64,000 bases of DNA from Armatimonadota bacterium. GTDB taxonomy: Bacteria; Armatimonadota; Fimbriimonadia; Fimbriimonadales; GBS-DC. The notes under the pieces are model-generated. The model did no database searches and was not told where the DNA came from. It saw only the letters and a program-made list of their open reading frames with translations. How positions within the stretch are numbered: the stretch's first letter is position 1; the number at the start of each line of letters is the position of its first letter. The stretch is taken from assembly GCA_037444405.1 (NCBI GenBank), contig JBBIML010000006.1:96001-160000 (forward strand). The letters are read 5' to 3'. The position numbers and the translations under genes were made by a program. Of this stretch, positions 48,167 to 58,268 are shown in pieces.

Positions 48167-49108
48167 TCATTTGAATCGCTGGTAGGCTGACCATCGCTGA
48201 TGCTCCATGCTGCCTTGACCAGCCATACACCAGCTCCGTACAGGGCACCTTGTGCAGTCTGGACTCGCTTCAAAACACCATTTCATAGCAACATGGAACG
48301 CACCTTCATCCACAAACATCGGCACCACTTGAGGTACTGATTGCACTCTCTTCTCTATGGAGCCTCGCATGTTCTTGGCTACAATCACATAGGGACGCCC
48401 CGACTCGTAGACTACATCCTCTATCACGCCCGTCCGACAAAAGACTTTACCGACATGTCCATCTACAACCATGAGTGTTTCTCGCATATCGATATCCAAC
48501 TCCCGCCATTTTTCCACAAAAAGCCAGACCAGCCAGCTGGTCAGCATGCGAGCAGCTTTCGGATCATTGCCAACCCACCCGCCCTCTAAAATAGAGTGTT
48601 CACGCAAAAATGCCCAAAGAGAGTTTACACCGTCCTGAAGCCGACTTCTGGACAGTTCATACAGACCAGTACCGTCTGGCAGATTACGAACGAGAAAAAT
48701 AAAAGTGGCGAATCTATATAGAAACAGCGACAGTGGTTTGATGCCACCCAATGCACCAACACGATAAAGCTCTCTGCCTTTTCGACCACCGATTTCTCGG
48801 AAGATATCCAGCACATCTCCGAATCGCTGCTCCACCGTATCAGGCTGGTATAGCAGTGTATCTCCAAATCTGGCGAACAGCTCGCGTACGAACTCTCGTA
48901 TTTTGCCGGTGTCGCCTTGCTGATTGAGTAATGAACGCAAAAGCAGGTAACGAATGATGCTTTCTCTGTTTTCGATGGGTAGCTCCTCAGGCAGCGCCAT
49001 GCTCTCGCGCCACTGCCCCTTCCATGTACGCCGACCAATCTGTTCCAGATGCGAAATTAACTCTTTTCGCTGATCAGGCTCGAGAGCTTCTTGTTTTACC
49101 TTTGGCAT
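48167..49108 (-). CDS. Divergent HhH-GPD (Endonuclease III-like) DNA glycosylase with [4Fe-4S] motif
   Basis: HhH-like GWVGNDPKAARML, VDGHVGKVFCRTG, and C-X6-C-X2-C-X5-C (CFEASPDCTRCPVRSWC); low-GC codon usage. Confidence 0.7.
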   Translation of the reverse strand: MPKVKQEALEPDQRKELISHLEQIGRRTWKGQWRESMALPEELPIENRESIIRYLLLRSLLNQQGDTGKIREFVRELFARFGDTLLYQPDTVEQRFGDVLDIFREIGGRKGRELYRVGALGGIKPLSLFLYRFATFIFLVRNLPDGTGLYELSRSRLQDGVNSLWAFLREHSILEGGWVGNDPKAARMLTSWLVWLFVEKWRELDIDMRETLMVVDGHVGKVFCRTGVIEDVVYESGRPYVIVAKNMRGSIEKRVQSVPQVVPMFVDEGAFHVAMKWCFEASPDCTRCPVRSWCMAGQGSMEHQRWSAYQRFK

Positions 49109-50072
49109 TACGAGCTGATGACCTCCTCTTTTTGACCTGGTCGGAGAGCCAGGTACGCAGGCGTTGAGCATCATCGCGCACGGTATACTCAAATCTCACA
49201 TCGTCCAGTAAAGAAGGGCTATCGACACCAACTTTTGCCCGAATGATGGGTAGCAGTTCGCTGTCGATTTCGTAGCCGATGCATGGGCGTCCGAGGCGAT
49301 ACGCTACTCGCATCGTTGTGCCACTGCCCAGAAACGGGTCCAGCACCGTCTCGCCCTTATAGGAGAACAACAGCATCAGACGCCGTACCAGCTCTTCTGG
49401 AAATGCCGCGATGCCTTCTTCCAGCCGTCCCTGCAACGGCAATACATTTGTTATCTGCCATACATTCAGGTACCATTTTTGTTTTTGATACTCAACTAGA
49501 TCGATTCGGGACTCTTCACGCCTGCCGGCGCAGATGCGTTGATAATCGAAGCGACCTTTCTGGAAAATCAGCACGCTCTCCTGTACATTATCCGGGTAGT
49601 AATAGAGCGGGTATGGATGCTGAAGAATCACCCCACTGCGACGGCTGATGCGGATATAACCCTCTGGTTTAAGCCAGACGATGCGATCCCGATAGCGGAA
49701 GCCCGCCTCCAGGAAGATTCGGGTCATGTCCGCAACCACAGGGTAGCGCTCGCCGTCGACAAGCACATCGTCGCAAACGATGCAGGCAACGCGCCCTTCC
49801 TCCAGCACACGCCAGATTTCCTGTGCCACGGCACGCATCGATTCGAGATAAGCCTCGTAGCTCTGGAATAGGTTGGGATAGTCAAATGGGGCATTGAAGT
49901 AGGGTGGGCTGGTGAGAACCATCTGCACCGACCGTTCGGGCAACTCTGTCATATTCCGCGCGTCGCCGAAAATCACGCGCAGAATGCAGCGCTCTGGCGC
50001 ACCTGCCTCTGGGGTATCAGCGGCTCGGTTCGCCAGACCATTCTGAATTGGTCGCTTCGCTGGCATGGTCAT
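49074..50072 (-). CDS. Beta-class N4-C/N6-A DNA methyltransferase
   Basis: Motif IV LTSPPY precedes motif I VLDPFLGSGTT; AAFPEEL; GYEID. Confidence 0.92.
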   Translation of the reverse strand: MTMPAKRPIQNGLANRAADTPEAGAPERCILRVIFGDARNMTELPERSVQMVLTSPPYFNAPFDYPNLFQSYEAYLESMRAVAQEIWRVLEEGRVACIVCDDVLVDGERYPVVADMTRIFLEAGFRYRDRIVWLKPEGYIRISRRSGVILQHPYPLYYYPDNVQESVLIFQKGRFDYQRICAGRREESRIDLVEYQKQKWYLNVWQITNVLPLQGRLEEGIAAFPEELVRRLMLLFSYKGETVLDPFLGSGTTMRVAYRLGRPCIGYEIDSELLPIIRAKVGVDSPSLLDDVRFEYTVRDDAQRLRTWLSDQVKKRRSSARNAKGKTRSSRA

Positions 50073-51157
50073 CCCCTGCGTTGCATGAAGTCGAGCATGA
50101 AGTCGCGCAGCGCCTGCACGCCTTCGAGGGGCATGGCGTTATAGATCGAGGCGCGGCAGCCGCCGACGGAGCGGTGTCCCTTCAGCTCGTACAGCCCGTT
50201 CGCCTGCGCCTCCTGCAAAAACGCCTTCTCCAGCTCCTCGCTCGGCAGTCGCCAGGTCACATTCATTACGGAGCGGCATTCGGGGTGCGCATGCCCGCGA
50301 TAGAAGCCCCCACTCTGGTCGATCACCTCATACAGCAGGCTCGCCTTCTGGCGATTGAGCTGCTGCATGCGTTCCAGCCCGCCGATCTCGTTCAGCAGCC
50401 AGCGCGTGACGAGCATCACGATATAGATGGCGAACACGGGTGGCGTGTTATACACCGATTGATGCTCCGCTTGCAGGCGATAGTCGAGCATGGCGGGCAG
50501 GTTCGGTGGCACGCGCTCCAGCAGGTCCTCCCGAATAATCACGATGGTGACGCCAGCGGGTCCTGCGTTCTTCTGGGCGCCAGCGTAGATGAGCGCGTAG
50601 CGTTCGATGGGCAGTGGGCGCGACAGGAAATCGGACGAGGCGTCGCACACCAGCGGCAGGTCGCCCACAGGTGGCTCCTGCTGAAACTCCACGCCCTGAA
50701 TCGTCTCGTTGGAGGTGAAATGCACATAGGCGGCGTTGGGGTCGATGTCCAGTTCGTCGGGGCGTGGGGTTCGGGTGAAGTTCTCGCTTTTGCCTGACCA
50801 CGCGATGCGCGCCCGCCCGACCTTGAGCGCCTCTTGAAATGCCTTCTCACCCCATGAACCCGTGAGGATATAATCGGCAGAACGGTCGCCCAGCAGGTTC
50901 ATCGGCACCATCGCGAACTGCAGGCTCGCGCCGCCCTGCAAAAACAGCACGCGATAGTGAGCGGGGATATTCAGCAGCCGTCGCAGGTTCGCCTCCGTCT
51001 CCTGCAAAATCGCATCGAACCATCGGGAGCGGTGGCTGATCTCCAGCACCGACATGCCGACGCCTGGCAGCGCCAGCAAATCGCGCTGCGCTTCCTGCAG
51101 CACGGGCAGCGGCAACACCGCTGGACCCGCCGAAAAGTTCCACACTCGCTCTGGCAT
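50069..51157 (-). CDS. serC: Phosphoserine aminotransferase
   Basis: NFSAGPAVLP, SHRS, LQGGAS, YAGAQKNAGPAG, GHRSVGGCRASIYNA. Confidence 0.97.
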   Translation of the reverse strand: MPERVWNFSAGPAVLPLPVLQEAQRDLLALPGVGMSVLEISHRSRWFDAILQETEANLRRLLNIPAHYRVLFLQGGASLQFAMVPMNLLGDRSADYILTGSWGEKAFQEALKVGRARIAWSGKSENFTRTPRPDELDIDPNAAYVHFTSNETIQGVEFQQEPPVGDLPLVCDASSDFLSRPLPIERYALIYAGAQKNAGPAGVTIVIIREDLLERVPPNLPAMLDYRLQAEHQSVYNTPPVFAIYIVMLVTRWLLNEIGGLERMQQLNRQKASLLYEVIDQSGGFYRGHAHPECRSVMNVTWRLPSEELEKAFLQEAQANGLYELKGHRSVGGCRASIYNAMPLEGVQALRDFMLDFMQRRG

Positions 51158-51172
51158 GACTGTCCCTCCAGC

Positions 51173-52603
51173 TTACAGAATGTATCGGCTCAGGTCGACA
51201 TCCTTCACGATGTCGCCGAGTTTGTTGCGCACATAGTCCACATCGATGACGATTCGCTCGCCTGCGCGTTCGGGCGCCTCGAACGAGAGGTCTTCCATCA
51301 GCTTCTCCATCACGGTGTGCAGGCGACGGGCGCCGATGTTCTCGGTGCGGGTGTTCACCTCGTAGGCGATGCGGGCAATCTCCTCAATCGCGTCGTCGGT
51401 GAATTCGAGTTCGACGCCCTCGGTGGCGAGCAGCTGCTGATACTGTTTGGTGAGCGCGTTGCGTGGCTCCCTGAGGATTCGGACGAAATCGGCGGCGGTC
51501 AGCGGCTCCAGCTCGACACGGATCGGCAATCGTCCCTGCAGCTCGGGAATGAGGTCGGAGGGCTTGCTCATATGGAACGCGCCCGCCGCAATAAAGAGGA
51601 TGTGGTCGGTGCGCACGGGACCGTACTTGGTGATGACGGTGGAGCCTTCGATGATGGGCAGCAGGTCGCGTTGCACGCCTTCGCGGCTCACATCGGGACC
51701 GTACTGACTGCGCGCGCCAGCGATTTTATCGATCTCGTCCAGAAAGATGATGCCCGTCTGTTCGGCGCGCTGGATCGCTTCGCGAACGACACTGGAGCGG
51801 TCGATGAGCTTGCGGGCTTCCTGCTGGGTGAGGATTTCGCGTGCCTCTTTGATGGTGACCACGCGGCGGGCACGGTTCTGTGGCACAAAGGGGTTGAAGG
51901 TGTCCACATCCATGCCCATCTCTTCGATGCCCTGCGCCGAGAACACCTGCAGGAAGGGGATGACGGGTTCCTCCACTTCGATTTCGATGGTTTCATCGTC
52001 GCGCAGTCCTGCGCGGATTTGTTCAGCGAGGGCGCGTCGGAGTCGGCGCCGCTCGGTTTCCGATTCTTCCGCGTTCTCATCCGATTCTTCCTGTTCAGGT
52101 GGGGTTTCGGTGCCGAAGATGAGGCGCATGAGGGGTGGGGGTGAGGTCTGGCGTCGGCGTCGGCGCGGGCGCAGCATCAGCTCCACGATGCGTTCCACCG
52201 CGCGCGCCTCCGCCCGCTCGCGCACCTCCTCCAGCTTCTCCTGCTCCACCATCCGCACGGCGACATTCACAAGGTCGCGCACCATCGAGTCGACATCGCG
52301 CCCCACATAGCCCACTTCGGTGAACTTGGTGGCTTCCACCTTGATGAAGGGCGCTTTCACCAGCGCTGCCAGGCGGCGCGCGATCTCGGTCTTGCCCACA
52401 CCTGTGGGACCAATCATCAGGATGTTTTTGGGCATCACCTCGTCGCGCAGTTCCGGTGGCAGTTGCTGGCGACGGTAGCGGTTGCGCAGGGCTATGGCGA
52501 CGGCGCGCTTCGCCTTCGCCTGACCCACAATATATTTATCCAGCTCCGCCACAATCTGGCGCGGAGTCAGCTCTTCAATCGGCAAAGTCGTTTCGGCTGG
52601 CAC
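51173..52603 (-). CDS. hslU: HslU ATPase subunit of the HslUV protease
   Basis: [54 protein letters not shown]; start GTG 52603 preferred. Confidence 0.97.
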   Translation of the reverse strand: MPAETTLPIEELTPRQIVAELDKYIVGQAKAKRAVAIALRNRYRRQQLPPELRDEVMPKNILMIGPTGVGKTEIARRLAALVKAPFIKVEATKFTEVGYVGRDVDSMVRDLVNVAVRMVEQEKLEEVRERAEARAVERIVELMLRPRRRRRQTSPPPLMRLIFGTETPPEQEESDENAEESETERRRLRRALAEQIRAGLRDDETIEIEVEEPVIPFLQVFSAQGIEEMGMDVDTFNPFVPQNRARRVVTIKEAREILTQQEARKLIDRSSVVREAIQRAEQTGIIFLDEIDKIAGARSQYGPDVSREGVQRDLLPIIEGSTVITKYGPVRTDHILFIAAGAFHMSKPSDLIPELQGRLPIRVELEPLTAADFVRILREPRNALTKQYQQLLATEGVELEFTDDAIEEIARIAYEVNTRTENIGARRLHTVMEKLMEDLSFEAPERAGERIVIDVDYVRNKLGDIVKDVDLSRYIL

Positions 52604-52671
52604 ATGCAAGAGTATACCCGCTGCTATGGGAATAATGGCTTGCAGGCGGGTATAATCCCTCAGGTGCTGCT

Positions 52672-53250
52672 ATGCGACACTTCTGGATGATGGGGCTTAT
52701 TGGGCTGATGGCGCTGGCGGCGGCGCAACCCCCACGCGAGACCCAGCAGAAGCTCGAGGCGGTTCGCGACCTGCTTCAGTTCCGTCTGGTGCAGTTGAGC
52801 GACTATTACTGGCACGAGGGACACCACTACAAGACGATGGCGCTGCTCTTCGTGCTGATCGAGTATGACCCGCAGGATGTGGAGGGCTTCGCCTCACTGG
52901 GCTGGTTGCTCGATAGCTACGGGCAGACCGAGCGCGCGTTTCAGGTCTATGAGCGTGGCATCCGCGCCAATCCGAATCGGTACGATCTCTATTTTGAGGC
53001 GGGCTTCTGGTACTCTCAAAAGGGCGAGTATCAGCGAGCGCGCGCCTATCTGGAGAAGGCGGTGAGCTTCAAAGAGGCGCCCATCTTCGTCTGGAAATCG
53101 CTGGCGCACACCTGCGAGCGCATGGGTGATTTGAAACGCGCCCTCGAAGCGTGGGAGAAAGCCAAACAGATGGACCCCACCGACGGCGCGGTCGATCTGA
53201 ACATGGCGCGTGTGCGCAGGAAACTGCAGGAACAGAGCGAACCAAAGTAG
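52672..53250 (+). CDS. Exported tetratricopeptide-repeat protein
   Basis: Signal peptide followed by TPR-like helices. Confidence 0.8.
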   Translation: MRHFWMMGLIGLMALAAAQPPRETQQKLEAVRDLLQFRLVQLSDYYWHEGHHYKTMALLFVLIEYDPQDVEGFASLGWLLDSYGQTERAFQVYERGIRANPNRYDLYFEAGFWYSQKGEYQRARAYLEKAVSFKEAPIFVWKSLAHTCERMGDLKRALEAWEKAKQMDPTDGAVDLNMARVRRKLQEQSEPK

Positions 53251-53262
53251 GGGTGGTCAGGG

Positions 53263-53553
53263 ATGATTTCGCCCATCGATCTGGTCATCTGGGTATTGCA
53301 GGCGCTGGTGGTGATTATCATTCTGGATGTCATCTTCTCGTGGATACGGTTTGCGGGTGGGCGCGTGCCGCGCTATAACCCGGTGGTGCGCTTTATTGAG
53401 CGAGTCGCGGACGCCATCTTAGACCCCTTCCGTCGCCTGCAGGAACGGCTCTTCCGCAGCGCTGGCATGAGCATGTTCCCCATCGACTTCTCGCCTGTGC
53501 TGGCGATTATTCTGATCCAGTTTCTGGTTGCGCTATTGAACGGGCTGCGGTAA
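53263..53553 (+). CDS. YggT family membrane protein
   Basis: VIFSW..NPVVRFI..ILDPFRR..IDFSPVLA. Confidence 0.88.
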   Translation: MISPIDLVIWVLQALVVIIILDVIFSWIRFAGGRVPRYNPVVRFIERVADAILDPFRRLQERLFRSAGMSMFPIDFSPVLAIILIQFLVALLNGLR

Positions 53554-53562
53554 GCCCCGTGT

Positions 53563-56217
53563 TCAGCTCTGCAACTGCTGTCGGATCAGCTCGGGCAGGG
53601 TTTGCAGGGCGGTGGGTAGTTGGTCAGGCTGTTTGCCACCTGCCTGGGCGAAGTCGGGCTTGCCGCCGCCGGAACCGTTGATGCGCTGTGCCAGCTCGCG
53701 TGCCAGTTGACCCGCATGCAAGCCTCGCTGTACCCATTCAGGCGCAATTTTGACCACCAGCACGGCTTTGCTATCCTGCGCTGTGCCGAGCGCGACCACG
53801 CCTGCGCCTTTCTGGATGAGCCGATCTGCGAGCGCGCCCAGCGATTTGCCGTCCGCGCCCGCGACCACCTGCGCAATCACGGGCACGCCCGCCACCTCCA
53901 CAGGCGTCATCTCGCCGACAGCCTGCGCAACCGCGCTTTGCCGGAGCCGTTCCAGCTCGTCCTGCAGCTCTTTCAGCTGGCGTGTGAGGCGTTCGACGGC
54001 GCGGGGCAGTTCGGGCACAGGCGTCTGCAGGCGTTCGGCAGCCTCGCGAATGGCATGCTCACGCTCACGCAGCCACTGATAGAGCCAGCGCCCTGTGAGC
54101 GCCTCGATGCGCCGCACGCCCGCCGCCACACTGCCCTCATGAACAATCTTGAACAGCCCCGCTTCGATGGTGTTGGTCAGATGGGTGCCGCCGCACAGCT
54201 CCAGTGAGAAGCCCGGTATCTCCACCATGCGCACGCGCTCGCCGTACTTTTCGCCAAAGAGCATCATTGCGCCGCGCCGACGCGCCTCTTCGATCGGCAC
54301 ATCGGTGTGGACCCGCACCTCCAGCTCCGCCAGAATCTTCTCGTTGACCAGCGATTCGATGCGCTCCAGTTCGTCGGGCGTGAGGGCGCGCGGATGGGTG
54401 AAGTCGAAGCGCAGTCGGTCGGGCGCCACCAGCGAGCCTGCCTGCACCACATGGGGTCCCAGCACGGTGCGAAGCGCCGCGTGCAGAAGGTGCGTCGCCG
54501 TGTGATTGCGCCGGATGTCCAGGCGGCGTTGCGCGGGCACACGGGCATGTACCGTTTGCTCGATGGTCAGCTCACCTTCCACGATTCGAGCGTGATGGAA
54601 ATAAAAATCACCCGCTTTCTGGGTATCCAGCACTTCGGCTCTGCCGCCCGCCCATTCCAGGAGTCCCGTGTCGCCCACCTGTCCACCCGCTTCGGCATAG
54701 AAGGGAGTGATGTCCAGCACGATCTCCGCCATCTCGCCCTCATGGGAGGCGGGCACAAGATTGCCCTCTTTGACCAGCCCCACAACGGTCGCTTCGGCTT
54801 CGAGCTGGTCATAGCCCACGAATCGGGTTGGTGATGCCCGCTGCGCCAGTTCAGTGAGGGCGGCGCCCGTTTGCACGAAGAGCTTCTCGGAGATGCCGCT
54901 GGCTTCGCGGGCGCGGCGACGCTGTTCCTCCAGCGCGCGCTGAAAGCCTTCGATATCGACCTGCACGCCTCGTTCCGCCGCGATCTCGCGTGTCAGCTCC
55001 AGTGGGAAGCCGTAGGTGTCATAGAGGGTGAAGGCGCGTTCGCCGGGCAATACGCCCGATTCGGGCAGCTCGGTCAGCATCTCTTCCAGTCGCGCCAGCC
55101 CTGTCTGCAGCGTCTGGCGGAACCGCTCTTCCTCAAAGCGCAGCGTGCTTTCGATATACGCCTGTCGCTGTACGATTTCAGGGTACTGGTCGCCCAGCGC
55201 TTCGATGACGGCGGGCACCAGCTCGGCGAGGAACGGCTTCTCCAGATTGAGGATGCGCAGCCCGCGCGTGATGGCGCGGCGGATAAGCCGCCGCAACACA
55301 TAGCCGCGCCCCTCGTTCTGGGGGATCACACCATCGGCGATGCTGAAGGTCGCTGCGCGAATATGATCGGCGATCAGGCGAATAGCGGTATCGCTGGCTT
55401 CACCTGCTTTATAGGCGATACCGGCTATCTGCTCGATGCGGCGCACGATGGGCGCGAACACATCGGTCTCATAGGGGCTTTCCAGCCCCATCAGCACCGC
55501 TGCCGTGCGCTCCAGCCCCATGCCCGTGTCGATGTTCTTCTTTGGCAGCAGAACCAGCTTTGGCTTGCCGTTCTCTTCAGTGCGCTCGTACTGCATGAAC
55601 ACGAGGTTCCAGATTTCGAGCCAGCGTCCGCATTCACAGGCGGGACCGCAGTCGGGGTTGTTGCAGCCTGTGTTCAGCCCGGTGTCGTAGAAGATTTCGG
55701 AGCAGGGACCGCAGGGACCGTTGGGACCCTCGCTGATGGCGTTTGCGGGCCAGAAGTTGGTCTTCTCGCCTAATCGCCAGATTCGGTTCGCTTCGATGCC
55801 CACCTCGCGGTGCCAGATGTCGAACGCCTCATCGTCATCCTGAAAAACGGTGAACTGCAGGCGGTTGGGGTCTACCTTCAGCCGCTCGGTGAGGAACTCG
55901 AACGCCCAGAGGATCGCCTCGCGCTTGAAATAGTCGCCGAAGCTGAAGTTGCCCAGCATCTCGAAGAAGGTGAGATGCGACAGGTCGCCCACCGAGTCGA
56001 TGTCGGTGGTGCGCAGGCACTTCTGCACAGTGGTGACGCGCGGCGCGGGCGGTTGCGCCGTGCCCAGAAAGTAGGGCTTGAACTGTACCATGCCCGCGCT
56101 GGTGAACAGCAGGGAGGGGTCTTTCGGCACGAGGCTATCGGAGGGGAGCAGCCGATGCCCCTTCTGCTGAAAGAACTCCAGAAACGCCCGTCGCAGGTCG
56201 CGCGCGTTCCAAGTCAT
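53563..56217 (-). CDS. alaS: Alanine--tRNA ligase
   Basis: LLFTSAGMVQFK, HLTFFEMLGNFSFGDYFK, DTGMGLER, NHTATHLL, ELCGGTH, GGGKPDFAQAGG. Confidence 0.98.
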   Translation of the reverse strand: MTWNARDLRRAFLEFFQQKGHRLLPSDSLVPKDPSLLFTSAGMVQFKPYFLGTAQPPAPRVTTVQKCLRTTDIDSVGDLSHLTFFEMLGNFSFGDYFKREAILWAFEFLTERLKVDPNRLQFTVFQDDDEAFDIWHREVGIEANRIWRLGEKTNFWPANAISEGPNGPCGPCSEIFYDTGLNTGCNNPDCGPACECGRWLEIWNLVFMQYERTEENGKPKLVLLPKKNIDTGMGLERTAAVLMGLESPYETDVFAPIVRRIEQIAGIAYKAGEASDTAIRLIADHIRAATFSIADGVIPQNEGRGYVLRRLIRRAITRGLRILNLEKPFLAELVPAVIEALGDQYPEIVQRQAYIESTLRFEEERFRQTLQTGLARLEEMLTELPESGVLPGERAFTLYDTYGFPLELTREIAAERGVQVDIEGFQRALEEQRRRAREASGISEKLFVQTGAALTELAQRASPTRFVGYDQLEAEATVVGLVKEGNLVPASHEGEMAEIVLDITPFYAEAGGQVGDTGLLEWAGGRAEVLDTQKAGDFYFHHARIVEGELTIEQTVHARVPAQRRLDIRRNHTATHLLHAALRTVLGPHVVQAGSLVAPDRLRFDFTHPRALTPDELERIESLVNEKILAELEVRVHTDVPIEEARRRGAMMLFGEKYGERVRMVEIPGFSLELCGGTHLTNTIEAGLFKIVHEGSVAAGVRRIEALTGRWLYQWLREREHAIREAAERLQTPVPELPRAVERLTRQLKELQDELERLRQSAVAQAVGEMTPVEVAGVPVIAQVVAGADGKSLGALADRLIQKGAGVVALGTAQDSKAVLVVKIAPEWVQRGLHAGQLARELAQRINGSGGGKPDFAQAGGKQPDQLPTALQTLPELIRQQLQS

Positions 56218-56261
56218 GGCTGTGCGTGATGAGCCTCTCAAGAGGCAAGTCGGTCGCGATT

Positions 56262-56648
56262 CTACTGACCATAGCATCCGCAGCTGCCGCAGCCGCAGCC
56301 GGGCGCGCCCTCGACACCCTCTGCCTGAAACGACGAGCCACAGCCGCAGGTGGCTATCGCGTTCGGGTTATCGATCTTGAACCCACCGCCCAGCATGTCT
56401 TCCACATAGTCGATGGAAGAGCCGTCCATATACTGGATGCTCAGGTTGTCCACATAGATTCGCACGCCGTGCGACTCGAAGATGAGGTCGTCGGGTTCGG
56501 GCTCGGCGTCGTCGATCGCCATCTGGTACTGCAGTCCGCTGCAGCCGCCGCCCGCCACCCAAACGCGCAGGCTGGCGTTCGGAATGCCCTGCTCCTCCAG
56601 CAACGCTCTGATCTCCTGAGCCGCACGCTCGGTAAGTGTGATTGCCAT
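56262..56648 (-). CDS. A-type Fe-S carrier (IscA/ErpA/HesB family)
   Basis: GGGCSG and NPNA..TCGCGSSF. Confidence 0.93.
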   Translation of the reverse strand: MAITLTERAAQEIRALLEEQGIPNASLRVWVAGGGCSGLQYQMAIDDAEPEPDDLIFESHGVRIYVDNLSIQYMDGSSIDYVEDMLGGGFKIDNPNAIATCGCGSSFQAEGVEGAPGCGCGSCGCYGQ

Positions 56649-56812
56649 CGGTCTCTACCTCCACAGGGATTATACCCGACTGACCTGCCCTTCCGCGCCC
56701 AAAAACAAAACTCGCATTTTTCGCATGTGAAAGGGGCGGCTGGGTGTGGAAAAACGCCTCTGCAGACGCCTGACAGGGCGTCCGATACTCTTGCAACAGG
56801 AGGAGTGGAACG

Positions 56813-57241
56813 ATGCGACGAGTGAAGGGCTTTACGCTGATAGAGATGCTCGCGGTGCTGGTGATTCTGGTGACACTGGCGGCGATTGTGATCCCGCGCT
56901 TTATTAATGCGGGCACGCGCAGCCGCGAAGCCGCTTTACGACAGACGCTGGCGGAAGTGCGCAACGCCATCTCCATCTTCCGCAACGACACGGGCTACTA
57001 CCCCCGGCAGCTCAGCGACCTGACGGCGACCACCCCACCGACTCAGGGCTATGACCGCTGGGGTCAGCTCCAGCCGATTGACCCTGCCGATTATCACGGT
57101 CCCTATCTGGATAAGCTGCCCATCTGCCCCATTTCCAAGCAGCCGCTGCAGTACTATCGGAACGCGCAGACGGGCGCATGGGATGTGCGCAGCCCGTCCA
57201 CGGCACGCGCACAGGACGGCACGCGCTACAACACCTGGTAG
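56813..57241 (+). CDS. GspG-like major pseudopilin
   Basis: KG|FTLIEMLAVL..IVIPRF..FRNDTGYYP..GPYL. Confidence 0.85.
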   Translation: MRRVKGFTLIEMLAVLVILVTLAAIVIPRFINAGTRSREAALRQTLAEVRNAISIFRNDTGYYPRQLSDLTATTPPTQGYDRWGQLQPIDPADYHGPYLDKLPICPISKQPLQYYRNAQTGAWDVRSPSTARAQDGTRYNTW

Positions 57242-57249
57242 GTGGTGTT

Positions 57250-57660
57250 ATGCAGGGTCGGGACTATCGCCAGCAGCGGGGTTTGAGCCTTGTGGAGGTG
57301 CTCACCGCGGTGGTTATCATCGCGGTGGGGCTGCTGGCGATTGCCGGCACGCTGGGCTGGGTCAGCCGCTCCAGCGCGAAAATGCGCTATCAGAAGATCG
57401 CACTCACGCTGGCGGAAAGCAAACTCGCTGAGCTGGAGGCTGACCCCCAGCTGCCTGCAAGACCAACGACCCAGTTATTTAATGTGGGGCGCCCCGTGAG
57501 CAATTTGCCGCGCGGAGCCGTGATGCAGCTCTATTCGGAGCCGTTTCCGACGCCGACCGAGAAACGCCTGCGTCGGGTGCGAATCGAGGTGCGCTGGGGC
57601 GCACCCAACGACCCGCTCAGCGGGCGAATCGTGCGCGAGCGGCTCATCTGCTTGAGGTGA
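57250..57660 (+). CDS. GspI/PilV-like minor pseudopilin
   Basis: RG|LSLVEVLTAVVIIAVGLL. Confidence 0.8.
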   Translation: MQGRDYRQQRGLSLVEVLTAVVIIAVGLLAIAGTLGWVSRSSAKMRYQKIALTLAESKLAELEADPQLPARPTTQLFNVGRPVSNLPRGAVMQLYSEPFPTPTEKRLRRVRIEVRWGAPNDPLSGRIVRERLICLR

Positions 57661-58268
57661 GAACCATGCGACTGCGGCAGGGCTTGACGCTGGTGGAAGC
57701 ACTCATCGCGCTTGCGGTCGCAGGCTTGCTGGTTGCAGCCCTGTTGACTGTTTATGTGCAGGGCATGCGCGGCTCCACTCACCTGCAGAGCAAGGCGCTC
57801 ACCGAGCGCATGGTGGAAACCGCGCTGATGGAGATGGAGAGCGCGTGCCGACAGGCGATGTTCGCGGAGGTCAAAAACGGGCGACTGATTCTGACCTTCC
57901 CGCGTGATACCGACGCCTACGGCAAGCCGATTCCCCGTAAGGTGAACGATTCGCCCGCCTATCGCAAGGGCGCAGAGATAATCTACTATCTGTCGGACAC
58001 CTCTGGTGCGCTCAATCGGCGCGGCACAGTTCTCTGGCGAGCGGTGATAAACGGCGCCTCTATTCAGCCTGACCGCGCATGGAGCCTGCTTGGCAACGGG
58101 CGAGGACGAATCACACCCATCACCCAGTTCACCCCATCGGTGCAAATCTCGCCCGCTGGCGTGGCGGTAACCCTAACGGTGCAATCGATCATTCAATCAG
58201 GGGAGGATCGCTATGAGACAACACGCACGCGCACATTTCTGGTGCAGAATGCGAACACATGGCGTTAG
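57657..58268 (+). CDS. GspJ/PilW-like minor pseudopilin
   Basis: QG|LTLVEALIAL. Confidence 0.8.
   Translation: MRTMRLRQGLTLVEALIALAVAGLLVAALLTVYVQGMRGSTHLQSKALTERMVETALMEMESACRQAMFAEVKNGRLILTFPRDTDAYGKPIPRKVNDSPAYRKGAEIIYYLSDTSGALNRRGTVLWRAVINGASIQPDRAWSLLGNGRGRITPITQFTPSVQISPAGVAVTLTVQSIIQSGEDRYETTRTRTFLVQNANTWR

Noticed and set aside
51173..52603. hslU without adjacent hslV
   Set aside because: Unlinked hslU/hslV occurs in other bacteria; absence cannot be judged from one window.
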